DNA of 64,000 bases, taken from assembly GCA_951406725.2 (NCBI GenBank), contig OX597817.1:131192001-131256000 (forward strand), read 5' to 3'. This DNA comes from Octopus vulgaris. Its lineage: Eukaryota. The position numbers and the translations under genes were made by a program. Positions 41,554 to 55,495 of the stretch are shown piece by piece; the stretch's first letter is position 1; each line of letters opens with the position of its first letter. The notes beneath the pieces are model-generated. The model saw only the letters and a list, made by a program, of their open reading frames with translations, had not been told where the DNA came from and ran no database searches.

Positions 41554-42939
41554 TTATAAATAATGATAATATCGATATTTAAATAGCAATATTATCAAGT
41601 GGCCAGCATGGGAAAAATACTATACAAAGGTAATAATTTTTTTACAACTAAGAATAAGGGTGTCTGAGAGACACCACCATGCTGAAATAGCAGTCAAAAC
41701 CCTGACTCTAAAAACCACGTTAAATGTTCATATCGTACCGTGAGATAAAATAGAGGGACAAAATAGACTAGCAAAAAATATTACTGAATAATTCAAGATC
41801 CTGGATTTCTAGCTTTGCTTTAAATAAGCTTTGCCTCGTCAGTTGAATATATCAGATAGGGACATAAATACAAATATATATATGCAGAACAAACGTTATA
41901 CTTACATATACGAACGTCCATACATACATATATATGCACGTATGTACAAGGCCAGTTAAATTGCCCGTCAAACACCTCATAAGCATGATATAGTCAAAAT
42001 AAACACCGCAGTGAATATAGTGACGAATTATATAAATTTATAAATGAGGATAATATCGATATTTAAATTTAGAGTCAGAGTTTTGACTGTTATTTCTCAA
42101 AATATGCACACCTATGTTAAAAGTGCTGGCGAGTTTGCATGGCAACTATTTATTTCCTCAAATGAAAGGCGTGACCTCTAGGACAAAATTTCTCATCTTA
42201 TAAAATGTGGCCCGAGTAGACCCGAATGAAATCGGGTTATATTAACCAAAATGTGAAAAGGGAACTAAATGGGGCTGGAAGGGGATTAAAATTTACACGA
42301 GCGGGTGTTTAGGAATTCTCTGTTACATCAAGCTAAAAAATTTGCGCCAGCCTTTAAATCTTCTTCAATGTGTTACCGTCCATGATGAAAAAGTTTTGAA
42401 TGCTTGCCATGGTGAGTCTACTGTCGTGAGAAAGAATCACTTCAAAACTTGGTGTTTAGGAATTTTCTTTAACATCAAGTTCAAAATTTTACGCCAGCCG
42501 TTAAGCTGCCACTATGTTGCTGTCCGTCGTTAAGAAATGCCAGCCATGGTGAGTCTACAATCCTCAGCTTGTATCTCTTCAAACTTTGGTTTCCAATATT
42601 TTAAAATCTTTTATTCAGCTCGTAAGTTCGTCTGTCCCTTTTAAATGTTAGTGTTTTGTTGTCTGCCTGATATTTATGATTGATCTTTCAAAATATTTTT
42701 CTCAACTTACTCAAGATCTTTTGTTGTTTATTAATGAGAGAGAGATAGATAGAGAAAGATAGAGAGTAAGAGAAAGCGAGGGAGAGTCCGAGAGAAAGGA
42801 AGAGTAAGAGAGTGGGAAAGTGAGAGAGAAAGGAGAGAGAAACAAAGAGGGAGAATGTTGTGATAAAAAACAGAAAAGAAGCAACAGAAAGTAACAACCA
42901 CACTCTTACCCGCTCTACGCGCGGGTCACCTTAAGCTAG
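40840..42939 (+). mobile_element. Non-autonomous Helitron with nested inserts
   Basis: 5' (GTTT)n region; 3' hairpin CCCGCTCTACGCGCGGG followed by CTAG (42936-42939); internal about 147-bp duplication at 42304-42560. 5' boundary approximate. Confidence 0.6.
41792..41847 (-). ncRNA. Type I hammerhead ribozyme
   Basis: UUCAA-CUGACGA-GGC...GCUa-GAAA-UCC(A)GGA-UC-UUGAA on the minus strand. Confidence 0.75.
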
Positions 42940-43322
42940 TATATATATAAAGCTGAAGTTGTCTGTGTATGGCAGGTTTGGTAGCCTTCAACTAACACTA
43001 TCTCCTCCGAGACCTTGCGGCGCAAACTGACCAAAATTGAGAGTATGATAGAAGGCTTGCTCCTCCTTCCATAGAAGATAAAATTAAAATCGGACAATGT
43101 TAACACCAAAAATTATTTACATCAAAACGTGCTTTTTTCTATGAAAATCCCTACTTTTTTACGATTTTTTGACTGCTGTGTCGTCATTTTTCGGTGTATT
43201 TCAATCAGAAAATATTCACTTAAAGAGAATATCAAGCTACATAATGCAAAATTTTTACTTTTCCAAAATTCCAATTCTAAAGGTTCGAAACAAACCCGAG
43301 AAACACTGGACGATACTGCTAG
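42940..43322 (+). mobile_element. Short non-autonomous Helitron directly downstream of the previous one
   Basis: Starts TATATATATAAAGCTGAAGTTGTCTGTG; ends with a degenerate hairpin CCCGAGAAACACTGG followed by CTAG (43319-43322). Confidence 0.65.
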
Positions 43323-43384
43323 TCTATTTTATAAATCTAATATATCCTTTTCACGTAATAATTTATAATCTACATTTCTGGAAA

Positions 43385-46300
43385 TTTGTTGTTTTCACAG
43401 CGATAATGCTCTTCTCAGTACATGAGTCGTTCCAGTTAAAACGATTTTTTGCACATCCTGTAGGGATGGTAAGCCTGGTATCATTTTCAGTACCTTTTTT
43501 TTATCATTCCTATAGATCCTACAATCACTGGTACCTTGAGATGGCACATTTCTTTCAATTTCTATTAGCAAGTCTTTATATTTACTGATCTTGTCAAATT
43601 CTTTCGCCGCTATATTTTGATCGCAAGGAATACGCATGTCAATTAATAAACACACCTTTTTGTCTGATATTTTATAATAATATCCAGTTTATTAGCTTTT
43701 ATAATGTTGTCGGTATGTACGGGGAAGTCCCATAGAATCGACACATTTTCTCCCACAGTCACAGATTTAGGATGGGGTTTTTACCATTTGTCAGCGGTTT
43801 TGATTTTATAAATCCGACATATTGTCCAGTGTAAATAGTGGCCGACTCTGTCATATCTTGCTTTATATTCTACAGATGCTAAGACTCTACACCCTGAGAT
43901 TAGGTGGTCTATAGTTTCAATCTCATCGTTACAGAATCGGCATTTTGGGTCAGATCCATTTTTATCACATTGGCTAGGTAGTTCCGGGTTAATAAGCTTT
44001 GGTCTTGAGCAGCTATTATGAAACCTTCACTCTATTTTTAACCCTGAGCTTCGTAACCATTGGTGCGTGTGTTTCTGGTCGACATCAGCTTGTTTGCTAC
44101 GGGCCACATATTTGCCATGCAGAAGTTTCTGTTCCCATCTGCTAGCTAATTTTTCATGTGCTTATGTCTTTGCAATTAATTTTATTTTCTTTGCAGCAGC
44201 ACAGATCCGAGCTTCCGTTTCCGGTTTTAAATCACTTGTAGTCATATATAGCTATCGTTTTTCTCTGTCTATCTTATCTTCAACATCCCTGTGAAATTGT
44301 CCTCGCATTCTTTTCTTCATCCACCTCTTTTCAGTTTCATTCATTCTCAAGTGCTTGTACAGTGCTTGATCTTTGCAATCTTTCATCCTACACACGCTGG
44401 ACGGTCTTATTTCAAATAATGGCGGTTCTGTGGCATTTTGTTTTACATACCATGCTATGTTGTTTTCTCTGCTCTAATGCGGTGTTCGCATCCAACCAGT
44501 CCTCTTCCCCCTCTTTTTCCTTGGTACATACAGTGTGTCTGTGTCACTTCTTAGGTGGATTATCTAGTCAGCAACTTCCTTGTCTTTCTGTATAAGCTAT
44601 TTAGTTCATCTACTCTCCATGCGATTACCTCTGCTCCATATCTAAAGAATGACATCACCCAGGTTTGGATAGCTTCAATCTTATTCCGTCCGTTTAATTT
44701 CGACTTAAGGATCAGTCTCAGTCTGCACAAGTACTCCCCCTTAATTTTTCTATAATTTCTTCATTCATCAATTTATCCATTTCTAATATCCCCAAGTACT
44801 TATAGCCTGTTTCTTCTAACTACTTTACAACCTGCTCTGGCGGTATCGCTAGCCCATCCATACATTTTGCCTCTCCTCAAGACTAGCACATCACACTTTC
44901 TCAATTCGAACTCCTTTATGATATCAACACTGAAGGTATACACCGCAACAAAGAGGGAACTGACTTGGAATTCATCTTTACCATAAGGTTTGAGGTCATC
45001 CATGAATAACAAGTGGTGCACTTTTTGTTGGTGACTTGAATACATGCCCAGCATTTGCTTTCCTCAGAATCGGGGTTAGTGGTATCATGCTCTGTGCAAA
45101 GGGCAGTGAGGATAGGCAGTCCCCGTGGAAGATGCCTCTCCGGATTTCTAGTGTTGCTAGACTTCTTCCATATGTTGTCAGTTCCGTCCTCCACTTCGCC
45201 ATACTTTTTCCAAGCGATCGCTCAACATTCGATGCAATACCAAATAGGTTCAAGCATTCCATTATACAAGAATGTGGGATCGGGATCACATCGTACGCCT
45301 TACGATAATCGATCCATGACATGGCGAAGTTAGTTTTCCTCCTCTTGCATCCTCTAAGAATAGCTTTATCTAACAGGTGTTGATCCTTGGTACCTCTGCA
45401 CTTACGCTTGCAACCCTTCTGCTCATGTGGCAGGACTCCATTTTATCCAAATGTCCCTACATTGACTCTGCTACTATTCCAGTCATTAAGTTCCACATAA
45501 GTGGCAGGATATCGGCCTGTAATTGTCGATCGAATTGCCTTTTTCGCTGTTTTTCAAGCACAGCACTGTCCTATGCACTGTCAATCAATCTGGTGTTACG
45601 TGGTTGGCATTTAACAAGGCGTTGAGTTGCGCAGCTATTCGTGCATGACATTCACCAAATCTTTTGATCCAGTAGCCTTGAACTCCATCTGGTCCCGGGG
45701 CTTTCCAGTTGCTCATTTTTTTTTTGCTGATTTCCTTCACTTCCCTAATTGAAATGGCTAGTCCTGCCTGTTTTGGACCGACTACTTTTTGTATCGGTTC
45801 TTGCAACCATTCAGCATACTTCTTGTGGTTCATGTCTTTGTCCCAGACGTCACTCCAAAACCTTTGACTTTCAATGTTATCTGGTATCAACTTTTCATCC
45901 ATTTACACCCTCCATTTATTTCTTTATAGAATCCCTTCTGATCTACTCAGAATAACCTGCTGGTATTCATTTTCTGGTCGTATCTTACTATCTTTGCTTT
46001 CTTTGCAATGAGGCGCTGTTTAAGTTCATCCATTACCTCTTTTGAGACCCTTTCTTTCAATATCATACTTCCTGTTCAGTGTACAGTATTTGTGTTAGCT
46101 TTTAAGCTCCCCCTTCTCTTTTCGACCTAATACAGAAACCTCTTTCGAGAGCATATCTAACCATGCCTGGATTCTTCTTTTCCCCAATGGATCTTTTCTT
46201 TTCTCATTCCCACTATATTTCTTTTCCTTGTCATCAATATACACATTTTCTGCAACAACAATACTTGCTGCCTTGATCAAATTATTTGTTTCTATGATGT

Positions 46301-47060
46301 TTTTTGCATTGATGTATTTCAGAATTTCATTGACATTTTTCGGTTTTAAGTTCAATTTCCATCGATCAACCTTTTAATGTCGCTATCGTTCTCCTGTAGA
46401 CTTTTCTTTATTCTGTCGTAGATTGCCTTTTGCTCATCTGTCATGTTACCATTAGGTTTATTGTTTTCTTCCAGATCATCTATATGTCTCTCATCGAGAA
46501 ATCTATCACTGTCTCCTTTTCTGTGGTTTATTCGAGATCTCACCTCTGTTTTCTACTATGAGAATACTTTTATCAGTAAGAACTGTATTTTCATCGTTTC
46601 CTCTGTCGCTGTTTTCCAATACCAGTCTTTTGCTAGCTTCGAGTTTTACTTCCGTGAATCAACGATTATTTATTTTTGCTCTAGCTTCATCATACAATCT
46701 CTGTTCTTTGAGTTGAAACAATCCTCTTTCTCTCCATTGATCATACATACGATGTCGGTATCCCCTGTTACGTACACCATTTTCGTCTACAGGCTTTCTC
46801 AGGTAGTAACACTTCATGACCACCGCATTGATTCTTTTGTCCCGTGTACACCGTGTACACCTTGCTGGATAACGACAGGCTGGAGTCGGACAGGTATCTC
46901 TGAGCCTGCAGAGCGCAAGATTGTCACCATCAAGAGCTTCAGTTTCATAACCACCGTGTTCCACAATATTTTGTTTTTCATTATCAGGTTGCGCAATTAC
47001 CACTGTTTTTATTGTCACACCATCACAAGAAGTATCTTCAATCAGAGCATAGAGAGATTC
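43385..47060 (-). mobile_element. R4/Dong RLE retrotransposon, long decayed copy (chimera of two families)
   Basis: [64 protein letters not shown]. Confidence 0.9.
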
Positions 47061-47162
47061 CCACAGGTTTTTTTCATTATTATTATTATCATCACTGATA
47101 TTATTATTTCCATTCTTCTTTCTATTTATTATTAATATTTCCTCTGATCCGATATGGCTAAA

Positions 47163-47479
<317 letters not shown>

Positions 47480-48535
47480 CAGTAGTTTTATTTTTATAGC
47501 GTGCTTTCACTTCACTACCGAGCGCAGCTCTGTGTGCCTTAGGTATGTGCTGTGATTTGTTGTGATGCTCTGATGGTTATTGTATGGAAAGTGTTCTGCG
47601 TAGGATGTGTGCAGTGCCTTATAGTGTAATTTTCTGTATGCTATATGTGTTTGTAAGTCCTGGTGTTTTTGTTATGTATTTGTCTGAATATTTTTTTATC
47701 ATGCCTAATGCACCTACTATGATAGGAATTGTTTCTGTTTTTAGATTCCACATTCTGGTTACCTCTATTTCCAGGTCTTTGTATTTTGAAAGTTTCTCCA
47801 TTTCTTTTAGAGACACGTTGTCATCTGCCGGTATTGATACATCAATTAGAAAGCATTTTTTTCTTCATGGTCTCTGACAACTATATCTGGTCTGTTGGCC
47901 TTAATTTCTCTATCTGTGTGTATCGGCATATCCCAGAGTATGGTTGCTTTCTCGTTTTCGGTGACCTTTTCTGGTGTGTGCCTATACCATCTTTTTTCTG
48001 TTGTTATTCCATAATGTTGGCATAGCTTCCAATGTATGTAGGTTCCAACTCTGTCATGTCTGTGAAGATATTCCTTCTTAGCCAGGACTGGGCAGCTAGA
48101 GATAATATGATTTATTGTTTCTTGTCCATCTCCACATATTCTGCAGTTACTTGTTATATTTTTTTCATACATGTTTTTGGTAATTTCTGGTGGGGAGGCT
48201 TTGGTCTTGTGTTGCAATTAAAAATCCCTCTGTCTCTGTTTTGAGTCCTGAGCTTCTCAAACATTGCTGGGATTTTTCTTTGTCTATTTCTTTTGCATTT
48301 AGTTTAGTCCAGTATTTACCATGAAGGAGCTTTTCTTGCCAGCGTTTTATCATGGTTCGTTGCTGTTCTATTTTTAGTTTGGATTTCATTTGTTTTATAG
48401 CTTTTGTTGTCTTTTCTTCTTCTTCTTCTTCTTCTTCTTCTTCTTCTTCTTCTTCTTCTTCTTCTTCTTCTTCTTCTTCTTCTTCTTCTTCTTCTTCTTC
48501 TTCTTCTTCTTCTTCTTCTTCTTCTTCTTCTTCTT

Positions 48536-48566
<31 letters not shown>

Positions 48567-50260
48567 ATGTTTATTAGGTGGTATGATTTCTTGTTTGTAT
48601 TTGTCAGCTTCCCTAAATACTGAGAACAGTTTTTTGTTTTGCTCGTGTTTTGCCGCTATTCGTATCAGTTTTGCTTGCTTCTGACGTAGATATTTTTGCA
48701 GTCCTATGGTGGTTATTTTAAAGTAGTTTTCCAGCTGTATAAGGCCTCTACTACGTTGTATATATAGTCTTTCTATGTCAGATTTTGGGTGATGCATCCT
48801 AGATCCTGTCATTATTTTTCTTGTTTTCCTATCTATTTTGGTCAGTTCATTTAGTGTCTAGTTAAGGATATTGTAGCTGTAACTTATAACTGGAACAGCT
48901 AAAGTGTTAATACCTATTATCTTGTTTTTAGCATTGAGCTCTGTGTTTAGTATTGATCTAACTCGTCTATAATATACTTTTTTATTTTCTCTTTCATTTG
49001 TGTGTGTTGTGTTTTATCTAGTTCATGGATTCCTAAGTATTTGTAAGTTTGGCTTTGGTCTAATTCTTTTATTTCATTGGTTTTATCTAGTGTGATGTTG
49101 CTACTCTTAACTAGTTTTCCTCTTTTCAGGGTTACTTTGGCGCATTTTTCTAATCCAAATTTCATATCTATTTCTTTGGTAAATCCATGAACTGTCTTTA
49201 ATAGTATTTCCATCTGTTTGTCATTTGCAGCGTATAGTTTTAGGTCATCCATATATAAAAGGTGGCTGATCGTTTTGCCGTAACATTTATATCCGCATCC
49301 AGTTCTATTTAGCATATCAGATAGAGGTGACAGTGCCAAGCAGAAAAGGAGTGGAAAGAGCGTGTCTCCCTGGAATATTCCTCTTCTAATGGGGATGTCT
49401 TTGGTTTTCATGAGTCCCTCTTTTGTTTGGAGCTGTAGCACTGTTTGCCATTTATTCATAGAGTGCTCTATGAATTTTATAATTGTTGGTGCTACTTTGT
49501 TAATGGCTAGTGTTTCGAGGATCCATGTGTGGGGGATGCTATCAAACGCCTTTTTGTAGTCAATCCAGGCCATACTGAGGCCTTTCTTCTTTCTGTGGCT
49601 GTCTTCTTTATTGATCATTAGTTGATCTTTACAGCCATATGAGCTTTTGCGGCATCCTTTCTGGTCTTCTGGAAACAGGTTGTTTTCGTCCAGGTGCTTG
49701 TTCAACATTTGCGATATCACTGCAGTAAATGCCTTGTGCATCGTAGGGAGACACGTTATTGGTCTGTAGTTTTCTGCTTTTGATGTCTCATTTGATTTGG
49801 AAATTAAGATGGTTTTCCCCTTCGTGAGCCATTCAGGCATTGTCTCTGGCTCTGCTAGTATGTTGTTAAAGTTTTCAGCCAGCTTTTTGTGCATTCCTGT
49901 TAGATATTTCAACCAGAAGTTGGGGATCTTGTCATGCCCAGGTGCCTTCCAGTTGCTTAGTCTTTGCAGTGCCTGGGTGACCTCTTCAGTTGTTATGGGG
50001 TCCAAAGTTGCTCAGATGCTGAGTTTGTTGTTTTCATGCTCCTTGTTTTTGGTTGTTCGTTCGCCGACCATATTTCTGTCCAGAATTCTTCCACTTCTTC
50101 TGCCGTTGGTGCTGCAGTGATTTCTATTTTATTTTTGCCAAGTTCTTGGTAGAACTTTTTGGGGTTGGAGTTGAACTGTTTGTTTTGTTCAAAGAAGCGC
50201 TGGCGTTTCTCGTACCGGCGGATCCTTTGTGCTTTGGCAAGGATATCTTGCTTTAGCTTT
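47480..50260 (-). mobile_element. R4/Dong RLE retrotransposon, 5'-truncated, flanked by (TAA)n
   Basis: RT ORF 48947-50005 (NYRPITCLP, AWIDYKKAFDS, RGIFQGD, HLLYMDDLKL), CRIC...HIISSC, RHDRV, NRPDIVV, KYKDLEIE. Confidence 0.93.
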
Positions 50261-50262
50261 TC

Positions 50263-50341
<79 letters not shown>

Positions 50342-50750
50342 TACATTTATTATTGAAAGGTATTATTAAGTGTGGTTTGGTTCCAACTTTTGTCTTGTAC
50401 TTGAGATAAATATAAATATGTAAGGGTTGAAGGGAATAGTAGGAGGAAGAGAAGCAGGTTCATGAATAGACTAAATTCTATAGGTCTGTAAATAGATTCG
50501 GCAGATGGTGAGGAGGTCAGCAATGGACATTCCTGTGTGATAAGGAACAAAATAGAGGCTGTACACCCTTGGGGCCAGCAAAGGTCAAATGCGTTTACTA
50601 CTACTAGCGATCAATGAGGGCGTTGACTCTGACCTTGCAAAGAACCAATCCACCTTGTTCTATTTTTAATAACTGATAGAAATAATAATCATCATCATCA
50701 TCGTCATCGTCATTATCATAATAATAATAATAATAATAATGATAATAATA

Positions 50751-50860
<110 letters not shown>

Positions 50861-51282
50861 CGATATAAACGTATCTGTCAAGACCTACCAAAAACTGAGC
50901 AAATATAAAGATCTTGAAATAGAAATCAGCAAAATGTGGAACCTGAAGACTAAAACAATACCTGTTGTCATAGGTGCCCTGGGAATGATAGCAAAAGGGG
51001 CTGATCGCTACCTAACTCAGATATCAGGAAACCCCAAAATGGCAGAAATTCAGAAGATAGTGCTCATGGGAACTGCTCATATCCTATGCAAAATATTTTC
51101 TATGTAATCTCAAGTTTTAAAACAAACATAACTTTCGTTTGTTTTTTTTAGGCATTCACTAGTACAACACTAAATACAAAACCAAATATATGGCACACTA
51201 GGCATAACAACAATACGAACTTCCAACCTGTTGCCTCTTGAGGTCTCTGGGTGAGACTTGGAGCCAACTTGTACAAATATAA

Positions 51283-51290
<8 letters not shown>
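50861..51290 (+). mobile_element. R4/Dong 3' fragment between (TAA)n tracts
   Basis: KLSKYKDLEIEISKMWNLKTKTIPVVIGALG...LMGTAHIL plus 3'UTR. Confidence 0.88.
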
Positions 51291-51315
<25 letters not shown>

Positions 51316-51355
51316 GGTATCTCTCTATCTGTCTATTTATCTATCTGTCTGTCCG

Positions 51356-51447
<92 letters not shown>

Positions 51448-51957
51448 ATGATCTAATTTATCTATCTATTTATCTATTTTTCTATCCAAAGATGTCCACA
51501 TGCTCGCATCGAGTAATTTTTGAATTTCTAAATTTTTTCTCTTTTTTCCCCTTTTTAATAAGTTTCTTGTGGTTTTGTAATTGTGCAACTTGTATATTTT
51601 GGCAGGTGCTTAACTCCATAATTAAAAAAAAAATTATCGTGTATTTAATTGTGTTGTTGGAAATAAAAGGTGTTTTTATATATTCAGGTAGTCGGGGAGA
51701 AAAGAAAGATTAAATTTTAACACAAAATTGTGGATATTGAAGTTTTAAAATTTTCTAGAGATGTTTGTTTGTGTTCGATGAGAGAAGACTGTAGAGTTTT
51801 TGCAATGAAAAGGATGTTTACATTTTCGAATACTCAGAGAGAAAGGGAAGGATAGGTATTCACAGAAGTTGTAGATATTAAAGTTTTTAAAGCTGATCGT
51901 CCAGCGGCTCTAAAGGCTGGCGCTATTATCATCATTATTATTATTATTATTATTATT

Positions 51958-52049
<92 letters not shown>

Positions 52050-52053
<4 letters not shown>

Positions 52054-52490
52054 TAGTTTTATTTTTATAGCGTGCTTTCATTTCACTACCGAGCGCAGCT
52101 CTGTGTGTCTTGGGTATGTGCTGTGATTTGTTGTGATGCTCTGATGGTTATTGTATGGAAAGTGTTCTGCGTAGGATGTGTGCAGTGCCTAGTAGTGCAA
52201 TTTTCTGTATGTTATATGTGTTTGTAAGTCCTGGTGTTTTTGTTATGTATTTGTCTGAATATTTTTTTATCATGCCTAATGCACCTACTATGATAGGAAT
52301 TGTTTCTGTTTTCAGATTCCACATTCTAGTTACCTCTATTTCCAGGTCTTTGTATTTTGAGAGTTTCTCCATTTCTTTTAGAGACACGTTATCATCTGCC
52401 GGTATTGATACATCAATTAGAAAGCATTTTTTTTCTTCATGATCTCTGACAACTATATCTGGTCTGTTTCGCCTTAATTTCTCTATCTGT
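52050..52490 (-). mobile_element. R4/Dong 3' fragment, near-identical to 47480-47920
   Basis: NRPDIVVRDHEEKKCFLIDVSIPAD...GTAHILRRTLSIQ and the same 3'UTR. Confidence 0.9.
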
Positions 52491-52501
52491 GTGTGTGTGT
52501 G

Positions 52502-52589
<88 letters not shown>

Positions 52590-53065
52590 TTTCCTTCTTT
52601 CTTCAAATTTTCTTCCATTTCTCGCCGAGTGTTTTCCGTAAACCTAAGGCAGAGAAGCTCATTGTATGCATTCCCAGATTACACACGCAAATTCACAGGT
52701 AAAATATGTTTTAAAAAAATTAATTAATAAATAAATTCATGAATGGATGTTGTTTTCACAGCGATAATGCTATTCTCAGTACATCAGTCGTTCCAGTTAA
52801 AACGATTTTATGCACTTCCTGTAGGGATGGTAAGCCCGGTATCATTTTTAATTAGGTTTCAGTACCGTTTTTTTTATCACTCCTGGAGATCCTACAATCA
52901 CCGGTACAGTAGGCACATTTTTTCAATTTCTGTTAGCAAGTCTTTACTTTTACTGATCTTGTCAAATTCTTTCGTTGCTATATTTATGCAAGGAATACTC
53001 ATGTCATTTAACAAACACACCTTTTTGTCTGATCTTTTATAATAATATTCGGTTTATTAGCTTTT
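52590..53065 (-). mobile_element. R4/Dong 3' fragment of the family seen at 43385-43700
   Basis: Near-identical to 43388-43700 (GTTTTCACAGCGATAATGCT...CAGTTAAAACGATTTT...). Confidence 0.8.
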
Positions 53066-53111
53066 ATAATTTTGTATTCTTCTTCTTCTTCTTCTTCTTC
53101 TTCTTCTTCTT

Positions 53112-53218
<107 letters not shown>

Positions 53219-53220
53219 GT

Positions 53221-53252
<32 letters not shown>

Positions 53253-53682
53253 TATCATCATCATCACTTGGCACTATGGCATGGAGACTCATACAGTTAT
53301 GCACCTAGCTCTTGCTGAACGTTCTGTAGGTGAAACTTAGATTTTTGAGTGTCGTGCACCATTACATGCACGGAAACAGCCCCAGGAACAAAAGAGACAA
53401 AACAACCGGAAAACGAAAATATATACTTTATTGAATTAGCTTCACGCAAAGAATAAGAGGAAATAAGAAGACGGAAAAAATGTTATTCGATTTGGAAAGA
53501 AGCCTTTACTCAAGGAAATTCAGGAAACTAAAGAATAAAAAACAGAAAAGAAGGATAAAGAATTGTGTTGTGTCGTTAGAGTTTCGGGTTAATGCAACAT
53601 GATGGGAAATACTTGGTTTAAACTTTTTGATTTCACTATGTTTTCACACACACATTCATTTATATATATATATATATATTTA

Positions 53683-53741
<59 letters not shown>

Positions 53742-53744
<3 letters not shown>

Positions 53745-53995
53745 GAGGCGCAATGGCCCAGTGGTTAGGGCAGCGGACTCGCGGTTTCGATTCCAAGAGC
53801 GAGGCTCCAGCAGGGTGTGGGTGGCGATCCTTGCTGTACTCTTTCGCCACAACTTTTTTTCAATCTTTCTTCTATTGGCCTGCTCGCTTAGCCAGCGAGG
53901 TGGCGTCATTTGAAGGTTAAAACAATGCGAAGTGCATTGTGACCAGCGATGTCTAGCAACATCTGATAGTCTGGTCGGTCACGTGATCACGTGAT
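53742..53995 (+). mobile_element. tRNA-derived SINE (second family), internally deleted
   Basis: TGGAGGCGCAATGGCCCAGTGGTTAGGGCAGCGGACTCG head, GGTTTCGATTCC B-box-like motif, tail GGTCGGTCACGTGATCACGTGA. Confidence 0.75.
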
Positions 53996-54698
53996 ATATA
54001 TATATATATGTGTGTTTGTTTGCATGTGTATGCGTGTGTGTGTGAGTATGTGTGTGTGTGTGTGTGTGTATATACATACATAAATATACATATACATATA
54101 TATGTGTATATTGTGATGGTATATTCTGTGAAGAACGTAGTAGAGTACTGTATAAAGCTCGTCCAATATTTTCTCAATATTTTCTCCGTAAGTTCACATT
54201 CTCAGCTTCAAGAGCATCCCGCCTCTCTCTGTCGTGGAAACAATTGTAATGATTAAAAAATAAATGTCCAACCGTACTCCATCTTGTTGACTCTAAACTT
54301 TGTCGATTATATATTGAATATATAGATATTATAGGGAGAATTCACAAAAAAAAACAAAAGACGAAGACAGTTGCTGTAGAGAACAAACAGATGTATTAGT
54401 ATAATGCTCGCGAAGTGGAAAACTCTTTAACGTTTCGAACCTACGCTCTTCCACAGAAAGGAACACATAGATAAATAAGGAGAGAAAATAAAGAATATAT
54501 ATAAAATCATAGCGATAGAGACTTGCTCATACTCATACTTTTATTTTATAATTTAAAAAAGCCTATTTTTAGGCCTGTTTTGACCTACATATGTTAGCAC
54601 TGCACAAAGAACGGGCAGTTGCACATGCAACCGGGCATGATTTTCTGTGCAACTTCTTCAAGGTCTGTCCATTTCGTTAGATTTGACGCCAACTAAAT

Positions 54699-54735
<37 letters not shown>

Positions 54736-55169
54736 CTGTTGGTTAGTTAGGATTCTGATCTGTTTGTAAGCTTGTGTAGCTGACACTTGTTTCACATCCA
54801 TTGTTATCGAAGTCTCGGTTCTGTTTAACTAGGTCAAGATTGATATTATTATTTTGGCATTCCTGTTTATGTATTGTAGTAGTTGGCCACTTGACAATCT
54901 TATACTCAAGTGTAGTATTTGTCATGTAATGTTTTTAGGTATTCATATATCTATTGACTGTCTACTTTATGTTTGGTGGTATAAGATGGATAGTATATAT
55001 GTTAGGTAGGCTATGAAGGGCCATGGACTGCCACGGACATTTTGAATTTAGAATATGTTATTCTATCCTTCCTTTCACACACAACTATGGGTGAATCATT
55101 GAGTTACCTCGAACTTTTCTTAAATTTCTTAAATGTTTTGGTATGTTCATGCAAGCATCTTAAAAGCCT

Positions 55170-55350
55170 GTTCAAATCTGGTGTTAAGCAATGTGTGTCT
55201 CGATATGAATATTTGGTAGATTTCCTTTATACACAACTCGCATCTACCGCCTCATGCACGGTAAGGTGTAGCTGTGCAGATTATTACCACCTTCGTGGTA
55301 TAGTTATGGTTTTTCTGTTTAATGGACGAGATTAGTTTGCTTACGCTCGT
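55170..55350 (-). mobile_element. Penelope-like GIY-YIG C-terminal fragment (Hydra-clade-like)
   Basis: TSVSKLISSIKQKNHNYTTKVVIICTATPYRA*GGRCELCIKEIY; homologous to 4980-5232. Confidence 0.6.
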
Positions 55351-55404
55351 GCTGTTCATCATTCTTTTATACCTATACATATTTGTGTACACACACTCAC
55401 ATAA

Positions 55405-55495
<91 letters not shown>

